From an uncultured Gemmatimonadaceae bacterium (lineage in GTDB: Bacteria > Gemmatimonadota > Gemmatimonadetes > Longimicrobiales > RSA9): a DNA stretch of 58,158 bases. Below, piece by piece: positions 20,370-29,069 of the stretch (its first letter is position 1; each line of letters opens with the position of its first letter). The notes under the pieces are model-generated. The model worked only from the letters and a program-made list of their open reading frames with translations, did not search any database and had not been told where the DNA came from. Made by a program: the position numbers and the translations under genes. The DNA lies in NCBI GenBank assembly GCA_964416095.1, contig CAYQCY010000006.1, forward strand, positions 1-58,158. Reading direction: 5' to 3'.

Positions 20370-21172
20370 TGGACGAGCAACTGCTGGGCTCGGAGCTCGC
20401 CGGGGGCGTCCACCCGACGGCCATGGTGGACGACGGCGCGACCCTGGGCGACGGCGTGGAGGTGGGACCGCACACGATCATCGGGCCCGGCGTGACGGTG
20501 GGCGCGGGCACCCGGATCGGCGCGAACGTCCTCATCGAGCGGCACACGGTCCTCGGCGAGTCGTGCGAAGTCCACCACGGCGCCGTGCTGGGCACGGACC
20601 CCCAGGACCTGAAGTACGAAGGCGAGGACGCGCCGCTGCTGGTGGGCAACCGTACGGTCGTCCGGGAGTACGCCACGCTGAACCGGGGCACACGGGCGGC
20701 GGGTCGCACGGTGGTAGGCGACGATTGCCTGCTCATGGCGTACGTTCACATCGCCCACGACTGCATCCTCGGGGACCACGTGATCCTGGCGAACTCGGTG
20801 AACATGGGCGGCCACGTGGAGATCGGGGACTGGGCCATCGTCGGCGGTCTCACGGCGATTCACCAGTTCGTCCGCATCGGCACGCACGCCTTCGTGGGGG
20901 GCGCGTCGCGCATCCCGAAGGACGTGCCGCCGTACGTGCGGGCGGCGGGCAATCCGCTGGAGCTGTACGGGCTCAACTCGGTGGGGCTTCAGCGGCGGGG
21001 TTTCGACGAGGCGACGCGCCGGGAGCTGAAGCGGGCCTACCGCCTGTTCTACCAGTCGAGCCACAACGTGAGCCAGGCGCTGGCGGCGGCCCGGGAGGAG
21101 CTGGAGATGATCCCCGAAGTGGAGACGTTCCTGGCGTTCTTCGAGGAGAGCGACCGGGGCGTGGCCCTCTGA
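20369..21172 (+). CDS. lpxA: UDP-N-acetylglucosamine O-acyltransferase
   Basis: PQDLKY; LLMAYVHIAHDC; HQFVRIG; GLNSVGLQRRGF; TGATG coupling to lpxC-fabZ. Confidence 0.96.
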   Translation: MDEQLLGSELAGGVHPTAMVDDGATLGDGVEVGPHTIIGPGVTVGAGTRIGANVLIERHTVLGESCEVHHGAVLGTDPQDLKYEGEDAPLLVGNRTVVREYATLNRGTRAAGRTVVGDDCLLMAYVHIAHDCILGDHVILANSVNMGGHVEIGDWAIVGGLTAIHQFVRIGTHAFVGGASRIPKDVPPYVRAAGNPLELYGLNSVGLQRRGFDEATRRELKRAYRLFYQSSHNVSQALAAAREELEMIPEVETFLAFFEESDRGVAL

Positions 21173-21173
21173 C

Positions 21174-22166
21174 ATGTCCCCCCTGGCCGTGGGCGTGGTC
21201 GGTGTGGGGAGCCTGGGGTACCACCACGCCCGTATCCTGCGCGACATTCCCGGCGCCCGGCTCGTGGGGATCCACGATACGGACGCGGCGCGTCTCGCCG
21301 AGGTGGCCCGGGAGCTGTCCGTGGACCCGGTGGATGCCCTGGACCCGCTCCTGGACGATGTCGACGCCATCGTGGTTGCCGTGCCCACCCCCGACCACGA
21401 GGCGGTGGCGGTGGCCGCGGCCGAGCGTGGGGTCCACCTCCTCATCGAGAAACCCATCTCGGAGAGCCTGGAGGCCGCAGACCGGATCCTGGAGGCGGCG
21501 GAGCGGGGTGGGGCGCTGGTCCAGATCGGACACGTAGAGCGATTCAACGGCGCACTGCGTGCCGCCGAGCCGTACCTGGACGAGCCCCTCTTCGTGGAAG
21601 GACACCGGCTGGCCCCGTTCGGGCCCCGGGGTACGGAGGTCGCCGTCGTGCTGGACCTCATGATCCACGACCTGGACCTGCTCCTGAGCCTCATGGCCCG
21701 GCCCGTCACCGGGATCTGGGCCGTCGGCGTGCCGGTCCTGACCCCGAGTCCCGACATCGCCAACGCTCGCCTGGCGTTCGAGGGCGGCGGCGTGGCGAAC
21801 CTCACGGCGAGCCGCGTGTCCCAGGAGCGGGTGCGCAAGTTTCGCTTCTTCCAGCGCTCCGGCTACATCAGCCTGGACCTGGCCGCGGGCACGGGCGAGT
21901 TCCTGCGGCTGCGGCCGGGCCTGACGTTCGAGCCGGGTCAGCCGTTGCCGGCAGAACGTCTGGACGAGGTCGTCGAGCGGATCCCCCTGGCAGGGGATGG
22001 CGCCGAACCGCTGCGCGTCGAGCTGGAAGGATTCGTGGCGGCGATGACCGGGTCGGCGCCGGTCCCCGTGGACGGGGTGGCGGGCCGGCGCGCACTGGCC
22101 GTGGCGCTGGAAATCATCAACCGGATCGACGAGCATGTCGCTGCTACGCATTCGGAAGGAGCGTAA
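21174..22166 (+). CDS. Gfo/Idh/MocA oxidoreductase, GnnA-like (UDP-GlcNAc 3-dehydrogenase candidate)
   Basis: GVGSLG Rossmann motif; EKP; GHVERFN; DLMIHDLD; located between lpxA and lpxB. Confidence 0.8.
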   Translation: MSPLAVGVVGVGSLGYHHARILRDIPGARLVGIHDTDAARLAEVARELSVDPVDALDPLLDDVDAIVVAVPTPDHEAVAVAAAERGVHLLIEKPISESLEAADRILEAAERGGALVQIGHVERFNGALRAAEPYLDEPLFVEGHRLAPFGPRGTEVAVVLDLMIHDLDLLLSLMARPVTGIWAVGVPVLTPSPDIANARLAFEGGGVANLTASRVSQERVRKFRFFQRSGYISLDLAAGTGEFLRLRPGLTFEPGQPLPAERLDEVVERIPLAGDGAEPLRVELEGFVAAMTGSAPVPVDGVAGRRALAVALEIINRIDEHVAATHSEGA

Positions 22167-22269
22167 GGCAGGGACCACGGGCAACGTCCGTCCACCGGCG
22201 TTGTGGAAGCTGGTGGTCGGGCTGGTCCTGGTGGCGCTGCTGATCTGGTACCTCGCCCGGCTCGCATGA
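22135..22269 (+). CDS. Small (44 aa) single-pass membrane protein, not in ORF track
   Basis: MSLLRIRKERKAGTTGNVRPPALWKLVVGLVLVALLIWYLARLA; basic N terminus plus hydrophobic helix; stop overlaps the lpxB start (ATGA). Confidence 0.7.
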   Translation: MSLLRIRKERKAGTTGNVRPPALWKLVVGLVLVALLIWYLARLA

Positions 22270-23408
22270 GCGACAACGGCCCTCACATCTTCCTGTCCGT
22301 GGGCGACCCATCCGCGGACCCCCACGGCGCGGCCGTGGCGGCCGCCTTGCGGGACCGGTTCCCGGGCGCGCGCCTCTACGGCCTCGGCGGACCGCGCATG
22401 GCCGCCGCCGGCGTCGAGGTCATGGACGACTTCGACCGGCTCAACGTCATGGGGTTCGCCGAGGTGGTCCGCCATCTGCCGCACTTCCTCCGGCTCCTGA
22501 GGGACATGGCAGAGGAGCTGGAACGGCGGGCCACGGACCTGTTGATCCCCATCGACTACCCGGGTTTCAACCTGCGCCTTGCCCGGAGTGGCTACCGGGC
22601 CGGCATCCCCGTGCTGTACTACATCGCGCCCCAGGCCTGGGCCTGGCACGGAAGCCGGGCGAGACGGCTGGCCGAGTACGTGGACCGCCTCGCCGTCGTC
22701 TTCCCGTTCGAGGAGGCGTTCTTTCGGGAACGCGGCGCAGCGGCCCGGTTCGTGGGCCACCCCCTGGTGGACCGGCCGCCGGTGGACAGCGACCTGCACT
22801 CCTTCTGTGTCCGACACGGGCTCGACCCGGATGGCCGGCTTCTCGGTCTCTTCCCGGGGTCGCGCGGCCAGGAGGTGGATCGGCACCTGCCGGTTTTCCA
22901 GGACGCGGCGGCGCTGCTCAAGGCACGTCGTCCCGATCTCCAGCCCGTGATCGCCGCGGCCGACGGGGTCGGCCCCGAGCGCTTCGAGAAGGCGATCTGG
23001 CCCGTGGTCCGTGACTCGCGGCGCGTCCTGGCCCACGCCCACGGGGCGCTGGTGAAGTCCGGCACCTCGACCATCGAGGCGGCGCTGGCGGGGGTACCCA
23101 TGGCCGTGGCGTATCGGGCCCACCCCATCACCTTCCGGATCGCACGACGACTGGTGGACGTGGACCACGTGGCCATGGCGAACCTGGTGGCGGGCGAGCG
23201 GCTGGTGCCGGAGCTGCTCCAGGACGACGCAACGGCCGAGGCCCTGGTCGAAGCTCTGTTCCCCTTGTTGGACGCCGGCCCGGAGCGGAACCGGGTGCTG
23301 GAGGGGCTGGATCGGGTACGAGCCGCGCTGCGGCCGGCGGAGGACGGCCGGACCACGGCCGAGCGGGTGGCGGAGCTGGCCGCGGAGCTGCTGGAGGCGT
23401 CGTCGTGA
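22266..23408 (+). CDS. lpxB: Lipid-A-disaccharide synthase
   Basis: VGDPSADPHG; IDYPGFN; YYIAPQAWAW; FVGHPL; PGSR; SGT; VPELLQ. Confidence 0.95.
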   Translation: MSDNGPHIFLSVGDPSADPHGAAVAAALRDRFPGARLYGLGGPRMAAAGVEVMDDFDRLNVMGFAEVVRHLPHFLRLLRDMAEELERRATDLLIPIDYPGFNLRLARSGYRAGIPVLYYIAPQAWAWHGSRARRLAEYVDRLAVVFPFEEAFFRERGAAARFVGHPLVDRPPVDSDLHSFCVRHGLDPDGRLLGLFPGSRGQEVDRHLPVFQDAAALLKARRPDLQPVIAAADGVGPERFEKAIWPVVRDSRRVLAHAHGALVKSGTSTIEAALAGVPMAVAYRAHPITFRIARRLVDVDHVAMANLVAGERLVPELLQDDATAEALVEALFPLLDAGPERNRVLEGLDRVRAALRPAEDGRTTAERVAELAAELLEASS

Positions 23409-24055
23409 CCGGGGAAGGAACGTACCGTGCGGCGGGGTGGGCCGGACACCTGCTCCTGGCCTCGCTCATGAGCACGGCCCGCTGGGACGTCCTGGGACCG
23501 GATGCTTCCCGCGTCCGGGCGGAGGAACGACGTCCCACGGTCTTCGTCGTCTGGCACGGACGCATGATCCCCGCGGCGTACTACCACCGGAACCAGGACA
23601 TGGCGGCGCTCATCAGCCAATCGAAGGACGGGGAGTACATTGCCCGCGTCGTGGAGCACTGGGGCTTCGTGCCGGTGCGGGGCTCCAGCAGCAAGGGGGC
23701 GCGTGCGGGGCTGCGGAACCTCGTGCGCCAGGCCCGGACCCGACCGGTGGTCCTGACCCCGGACGGCCCGCGCGGCCCGCGCCAGACGATGAAGCCGGGG
23801 GCGCTGGCCGTGGCCCAGATGACCGGCCTTCCCATCGTGCCGGTCTCGGCCGGCTGCTCCCGGCCCCTCTGGATCGAGGGCGGCTGGGATCGGTTCCTGG
23901 TGCCCGGTCCGTTCTCTCGGATCGCCGTGGCCTACGGAGCGCCCCGCCGAGTCCCGCGCGAAGCCGGAACGCAGGACGTACAGCGCATCGCGGCCGAGGT
24001 GGAGCGTACGTTGAACGAGATCACGGAGCAGGCGGATGCGGCCGTCGCCGGCTGA
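23405..24055 (+). CDS. DUF374 / LpxJ-like acyltransferase
   Basis: WHGRM, ISQSKDGE, RGSS, TPDGPRGP, WDRFLVP.PFS motifs; sits in the lipid A operon. Confidence 0.82.
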   Translation: MTGEGTYRAAGWAGHLLLASLMSTARWDVLGPDASRVRAEERRPTVFVVWHGRMIPAAYYHRNQDMAALISQSKDGEYIARVVEHWGFVPVRGSSSKGARAGLRNLVRQARTRPVVLTPDGPRGPRQTMKPGALAVAQMTGLPIVPVSAGCSRPLWIEGGWDRFLVPGPFSRIAVAYGAPRRVPREAGTQDVQRIAAEVERTLNEITEQADAAVAG

Positions 24056-25046
24056 CCGGGTCCGTCGCGGCGTGACGGCGCGGTGGGAACGGGGGGAGGG
24101 GTTGGGGCCCGTCGGTTGGGCCCTCGCCCCGGTGGCGTTGCTGTACCGGTTCGCGTCCGGGGCCTACCATGGCCTGTACGACACCGGGATCATCCGGCCC
24201 CGGGCGGTCCCCGTGCCGGTGCTGAGCGTCGGCAACCTGACGGTGGGAGGGGCGGGAAAGACACCGGTGACGCGGTGGCTGGTGGATCGCCTGCGAGAAC
24301 GAGGACGCCGCCCCGCAGTGCTCCACGGCGGATACGAGGAGGACGAGCCGGCACTGCACCGCCGCTGGAACCCGGAGGTGCCGGTGCTCGTAGGCCGGGA
24401 CCGGGTCCGGAACGCGCGCCGTGCCGCGGAGGCGGGAGCGGATGTGGTAGTCCTGGACGATGCGTTCCAGCACCGTCGCCTGGCCCGGGACCTGGATGTG
24501 GCCCTGGTGGCCGCAGAAGGCTGGACCGGGGCGGCGTCCATGCTGCCCCGCGGCCCGTGGCGGGAGCCGCTGAGCGCCCTGGCCCGTGCGGACCTCGTGT
24601 GCATCACCCGGAAGATCGCTTCGGCCGATGCGGCGGCCCGGGCGGCGGACGGCGTCGCACGGCGCGCCGACATGCCGGTGGCCCGTCTCTGGCTCCGGCC
24701 TGGAGGCTGGACGGATGGCCGTGGCGTTCCCCGGCACGGAGAGCCCGGCCAGGCCCTGGGCGTAGCCGGCGTAGCGGGTCCGGCTTCGTTCTTCGTACAG
24801 GCCGAGGACGCGGGAGCGCGCCTCGGGGACACGCTGGCGTATCCGGACCACCACCGGTACGACAGGCGCACCCTTGCCGCGATCCGGGACGCGGCCGGCG
24901 CTGGGCCCGTGGTGACCACGGCCAAGGACGCGGTGAAGCTCGTGGACGGCCTCGATCCGGCCCGCCTCTGGGTCCTGGAGCAGGAGGTGGCGGTGGAGCA
25001 GGGCATGGCGTTCATCGAACAGGCTCTGGACGGGTTGCTGTCATGA
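24036..25046 (+). CDS. lpxK: Tetraacyldisaccharide 4'-kinase
   Basis: VGNLTVGGAGKTP; LDDAFQH; LPRGPWRE; YPDHH; TTAKDAVK; start uncertain. Confidence 0.95.
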   Translation: MRPSPADRVRRGVTARWERGEGLGPVGWALAPVALLYRFASGAYHGLYDTGIIRPRAVPVPVLSVGNLTVGGAGKTPVTRWLVDRLRERGRRPAVLHGGYEEDEPALHRRWNPEVPVLVGRDRVRNARRAAEAGADVVVLDDAFQHRRLARDLDVALVAAEGWTGAASMLPRGPWREPLSALARADLVCITRKIASADAAARAADGVARRADMPVARLWLRPGGWTDGRGVPRHGEPGQALGVAGVAGPASFFVQAEDAGARLGDTLAYPDHHRYDRRTLAAIRDAAGAGPVVTTAKDAVKLVDGLDPARLWVLEQEVAVEQGMAFIEQALDGLLS

Positions 25047-26626
25047 AGACGGTCGAGACGGACGTGCTCGTGGTCGGGAGTGGCATCGCGGGGCTGAGCT
25101 TCGCCCTGAAGGTGGCCGATGCGGCCCGGGTCCGCGTCATCACGAAGAAACAGAAGTCCCACTCCAACACGAACTACGCCCAGGGCGGGATCGCGGCGGT
25201 GATGAGCCCGACGGACAGCTTCGAGGCCCACGTCCGGGACACCCTGGAAGCGGGGGCGGGGTTGTGTCACGAAGACGCCGTTCGGGCGCTGGTCCGTGAA
25301 GGTCCGGACCGGGTGGCGGAGCTCATGGAGTGGGGCGCCAGCTTCTCCAGGGACCCGGACGGCACCCTGTCCCTGGGACGCGAGGGCGGCCACAGCGCCC
25401 GCCGCATCGTCCACGCCGCCGACCTGACGGGTCGCGAGATCGAACGGGCGCTCCTGGACGCTTGCACGGCCGACCCCAACATCGAGATCCACGAGAACCA
25501 CCTGGCCGTGGACCTGGCCGTCGGAGAGGACTTTGAAACGGGATCGAGACGCTGCCTCGGCGCCGTGATCCTGGACCTGGAGCAGGACGAGCTCTACCTC
25601 TGCAGGGCCCCGTTCACCGTCCTGGCCAGCGGAGGCATGGGCCGGGTGTATCGTCATACGACGAACCCGGAGATCGCCACCGGCGACGGGGTGGCCATGG
25701 CGTTCCGGGCCGGCGCGCCTGTGGCCAACCTGGAGTTCGTCCAGTTCCACCCCACCGCGCTGTACCCCGCGGAAGGCCGGGCCGTGCTCATCTCGGAAGC
25801 GGTCCGGGGCGAGGGCGCCGTCCTGCGCACCCTGGGCGACGAGCCAGTGGTACGCCACGCCCGCGGGTCCCTGGCTACCCGGGACATCGTCGCCCGGGAG
25901 ATCGACCGGGTGTTGAAGGAGACGGGTGACCCCCACGTCTGGCTCGACCTCTCGCCGATCCCGGGGGAGACCATCGAGCGGCGCTTTCCTTTCATCGCCG
26001 CCACCTGTGCGGACCGGGGCATCGATGTCTACCGGGAACCGATCCCCGTGGTGCCCGCGGCCCACTACGCATGCGGCGGGGTCGTGACGGACATCCACGG
26101 TCGGACGGGCCTGGACGGGCTGTACGCGGCCGGCGAAGTGGCCTGCACTGGCGTCCACGGGGCCAACCGCCTAGCATCGAACTCGCTCCTCGAGGCCGTG
26201 GTCTACAGCCATCGCGCCGCCGGTGACGTTCGGGAGCGCTTGGATGGCCCGAAGGGGGGAGCTCCGGTCGTCCCCGAGCGGTTCGGCAACGCACCGACCG
26301 ATCTCGATGCCTGGTCCGCCCTCACCCACGAGATCCGGGACCTCATGTGGCAGGACGCCGGTATCGTGCGCAACGATGCCCGCCTCGAGCGCGCGGAGAC
26401 CGAGATGCGCGAGCTGGTTCGCCGGGTACGGGCGCGGGCGCGGGCGGAACGGCCCGGAGAGGTCGCGCTCCAGGGGCTCAACATGACGGAAACGGCGCTG
26501 CTCATCGTCCGGTCCGCCCGGCAACGGACCGAGAGCCGGGGCCTGCACTTCAACGTCGATCACCCCGAGATGGACGAGCGCCAGCGTACAGACACGGTCC
26601 TCACCCGGGACGAGGAGGCTCTGTGA
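25043..26626 (+). CDS. nadB: L-aspartate oxidase
   Basis: GSGIAG; YAQGGIAAV; REGGHS; QFHPT; LISEAVRGEG; HGANRLASNSLLE; ESRGLH. Confidence 0.96.
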   Translation: MKTVETDVLVVGSGIAGLSFALKVADAARVRVITKKQKSHSNTNYAQGGIAAVMSPTDSFEAHVRDTLEAGAGLCHEDAVRALVREGPDRVAELMEWGASFSRDPDGTLSLGREGGHSARRIVHAADLTGREIERALLDACTADPNIEIHENHLAVDLAVGEDFETGSRRCLGAVILDLEQDELYLCRAPFTVLASGGMGRVYRHTTNPEIATGDGVAMAFRAGAPVANLEFVQFHPTALYPAEGRAVLISEAVRGEGAVLRTLGDEPVVRHARGSLATRDIVAREIDRVLKETGDPHVWLDLSPIPGETIERRFPFIAATCADRGIDVYREPIPVVPAAHYACGGVVTDIHGRTGLDGLYAAGEVACTGVHGANRLASNSLLEAVVYSHRAAGDVRERLDGPKGGAPVVPERFGNAPTDLDAWSALTHEIRDLMWQDAGIVRNDARLERAETEMRELVRRVRARARAERPGEVALQGLNMTETALLIVRSARQRTESRGLHFNVDHPEMDERQRTDTVLTRDEEAL

Positions 26627-27087
26627 AGGTGATCCTCGCCGCCGTGGGTCGCCCCGGGCCACCGCTCCGGGACGCCATCACCGAATACGAGACCCGTGCG
26701 GGCCGCTACTGGCCCCTCGAAGTCCTGGAGGTGAAGGAGACGCGGGGCGGAGGCGATGACGCCCGCATCGTCGCCGACGAATCGGAACGTCTCGTGGCCC
26801 GGGTGCCGGACGGGGTCGACCAGGTAGCCCTCACCCGGAAAGGGGATCGGTGGAGCTCGCGGAAGCTCGCCCGGTTCCTCCAGGAGAAGGCCGTCCACGG
26901 TCACCCGGGGGCCGCGTTCCTCATCGGCGGTGCCCTGGGTCTTTCCGAGGAGACGCTGAGCCGGGCTCGGCACCGACTCTCCCTCTCGTCGTTCACCATG
27001 CCCCACGAGCTCGCGCGACTCGTCCTGGCCGAGCAGCTTTACAGGGCCGGCACCATCGTGCGCGGTGAGCCGTACCACAAAGGTTGA
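26623..27087 (+). CDS. rlmH: 23S rRNA m3Psi1915 methyltransferase
   Basis: FLIGGALG; SLSSFTMPHELARLVLAEQLYRA; PYHK; GTG start after GGAGG. Confidence 0.95.
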   Translation: MKVILAAVGRPGPPLRDAITEYETRAGRYWPLEVLEVKETRGGGDDARIVADESERLVARVPDGVDQVALTRKGDRWSSRKLARFLQEKAVHGHPGAAFLIGGALGLSEETLSRARHRLSLSSFTMPHELARLVLAEQLYRAGTIVRGEPYHKG

Positions 27088-28738
27088 CACGCACACCGGG
27101 GAGGATCCCCTGAATCTCGATGTGAAGGTCGGCCGGCTCCCGGGCGCGGGTCTCGTGCAGGACTATCACGCCGGTCACAGCGCCCTGGGTCCGTTCTTCT
27201 TCGGCTTCCCGTGGGACCCCGAAACCTACCGGCGCAAGGCCGACGAGGTTCGCGCACGGTTCGACGCCCGGGACCGGGCATACCTCGCCGAGGCCGTCAC
27301 CCCCTCCAGCGACGTCGCCGCCGACAAGCTCCGGCGCATCGCCGCCGGCGACGGCTTCTTCGTGACGACCGGCCAGCAGACCGGATTCCTCACCGGACCC
27401 CTCTACACCGTGCACAAGACCCTCTCGGCCATCGCCCTGGCCGACGCCCTGGAGGATGTTCTCGAGGTCCCGGTGGCACCCCTCTTCTGGGTCGCGTCCG
27501 ACGACCACGACTGGGACAAGGTGAACCATGTCCAGTTCCTGGATGACGACAACGAGTCGCGCCGCATCGACCTGGGGCCTGCCGCGGACCGGCGCCCATC
27601 CATAGGCCGGCGGACCCTGGGCAGAGAAATCGAAAGAGCTTTAGATCGAGTGGAGGAAGTCCTTCCTCCATCGGAATTTATGCCTGACCTCATGACGTCT
27701 CTCAGGGAGGCGTACCGGCCGGGCAGGACGATGGCGGACGCGTTCCGCACGCTGGTGCTGGACCTGTTCGGGCCATTCGATCTGCTGGTCACGGACGCGC
27801 AGGATCCGGTCGTGCGGGAGGTGGGCGGGGAGGTGGTTCGCCGGGAGTTGAAGGCATCGGAGGATCACGAAGGGGCGCTGGCCGCGCAGACGGCGCGGCT
27901 GGAGGCGGCGGGGTACGAGGCGCAGGTGTCGCTGATCCCGGGCGCGACGAACGTGTTCTACGAGGACGAGCACGGGCGTGAGCGGATCGTGCGGCAGGAC
28001 GGTAGGTACATGCTGCGGGCGTCGCACCGCGGGCTGGAGGAGGACGAGCTGTGGTCGATGTGGGAGGCGGACCACGGCCGGTTCTCGGCGAACGTGCTGC
28101 TGCGTCCGGTGGTGGAGAGCCACGTCTTCCCGACGCTGGCGTACGTGGCGGGGCCCGGGGAGCTCCGGTACCTGGCCCAGGCGGGATGCCTGTTCGAGAG
28201 GCACGGGCTGGCGATGCCGGTGGTGTTCCCGCGCTTCAGCGTGACGGTGGTGGAGTCCAAGGTACAGAAGGTGCTGGACAAGTTCGGTCTGTCGTGGAAC
28301 GCTTTCGACCGACCGGTTCACGAGATCGTGGCCGAATACGTACGGGCCGAGGTGCCGGATGCGGTGTCGGAGGCGTTGTCGGGGCTACGGCGGGACATCC
28401 AGCGGGGACACGATGCGCTGTTCGAGGCGGCGAAGCCCATCGACCCGACGCTGAAGGGGCCGATCTTCCATGCCCGGAACACGGCCTTCCAGGCGCTGGG
28501 CGAGGCGGAGAAGAAGATCAAGCATCACGTGCGGCAGCAGCACGAGATCGGGGTGGAGCAGCTGGAGAAGGCGGCCAGGAACCTCCATCCGGAGAACAAG
28601 CCGCAGGAACGGGTGCTCAACGTGTTCCAGTACCTTTCCCGGTACGGGCGGGAACTGCTTCCGGCGATCCGGAGTCGCATGGAGGTCTCGCTGGCCGGCA
28701 CGGCCGATGGCTGGTCGGGCGTGGACTGTCCGTCGTAG
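27065..28738 (+). CDS. bshC: Bacillithiol biosynthesis cysteine-adding enzyme
   Basis: VTTGQQTG.LTGPLYTVHK; FWVASDDHD; FSANVLLRPV; YVAGPGELRY; PQER; start uncertain (27065, CTG 27110 or GTG 27122). Confidence 0.92.
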   Translation: MSRTTKVDTHTGEDPLNLDVKVGRLPGAGLVQDYHAGHSALGPFFFGFPWDPETYRRKADEVRARFDARDRAYLAEAVTPSSDVAADKLRRIAAGDGFFVTTGQQTGFLTGPLYTVHKTLSAIALADALEDVLEVPVAPLFWVASDDHDWDKVNHVQFLDDDNESRRIDLGPAADRRPSIGRRTLGREIERALDRVEEVLPPSEFMPDLMTSLREAYRPGRTMADAFRTLVLDLFGPFDLLVTDAQDPVVREVGGEVVRRELKASEDHEGALAAQTARLEAAGYEAQVSLIPGATNVFYEDEHGRERIVRQDGRYMLRASHRGLEEDELWSMWEADHGRFSANVLLRPVVESHVFPTLAYVAGPGELRYLAQAGCLFERHGLAMPVVFPRFSVTVVESKVQKVLDKFGLSWNAFDRPVHEIVAEYVRAEVPDAVSEALSGLRRDIQRGHDALFEAAKPIDPTLKGPIFHARNTAFQALGEAEKKIKHHVRQQHEIGVEQLEKAARNLHPENKPQERVLNVFQYLSRYGRELLPAIRSRMEVSLAGTADGWSGVDCPS

Positions 28739-28786
28739 GGGCCTTGCCTTGCTCAGCCCGGGCGCACCGGGGTATGATGGGTCGAC

Positions 28787-29062
28787 ATGTGGTGGATGAT
28801 CATCATCGTACTCGCACTTCTGATCCCGCTGGCGGCGATCTTCCTGGACTCGGAGCTGGGGCGCGCGCTGGCGAATCGGATCGATCGTCGCGGCGCGCGC
28901 CTGGACGAAGGGACCGGTGCGCGACTGAACGTGCTGGAAGGCGAGATGGAGCGGCTCTCGGAGGAAGTGCAGCGCCTCGGCGAGGAGAGCGAGTTCCTGC
29001 ACCGGCTGCTGGAAGGCCGGACCGGCGACGAGGACGCCCTTCCGTCGGGTGATGAGACCTGA
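28787..29062 (+). CDS. Hypothetical protein with N-terminal transmembrane helix and coiled coil
   Basis: MWWMIIIVLALLIPLAAIFL, then a heptad-like acidic helix; fills the gap between bshC and murJ. Confidence 0.75.
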   Translation: MWWMIIIVLALLIPLAAIFLDSELGRALANRIDRRGARLDEGTGARLNVLEGEMERLSEEVQRLGEESEFLHRLLEGRTGDEDALPSGDET

Positions 29063-29069
29063 GCGACGC

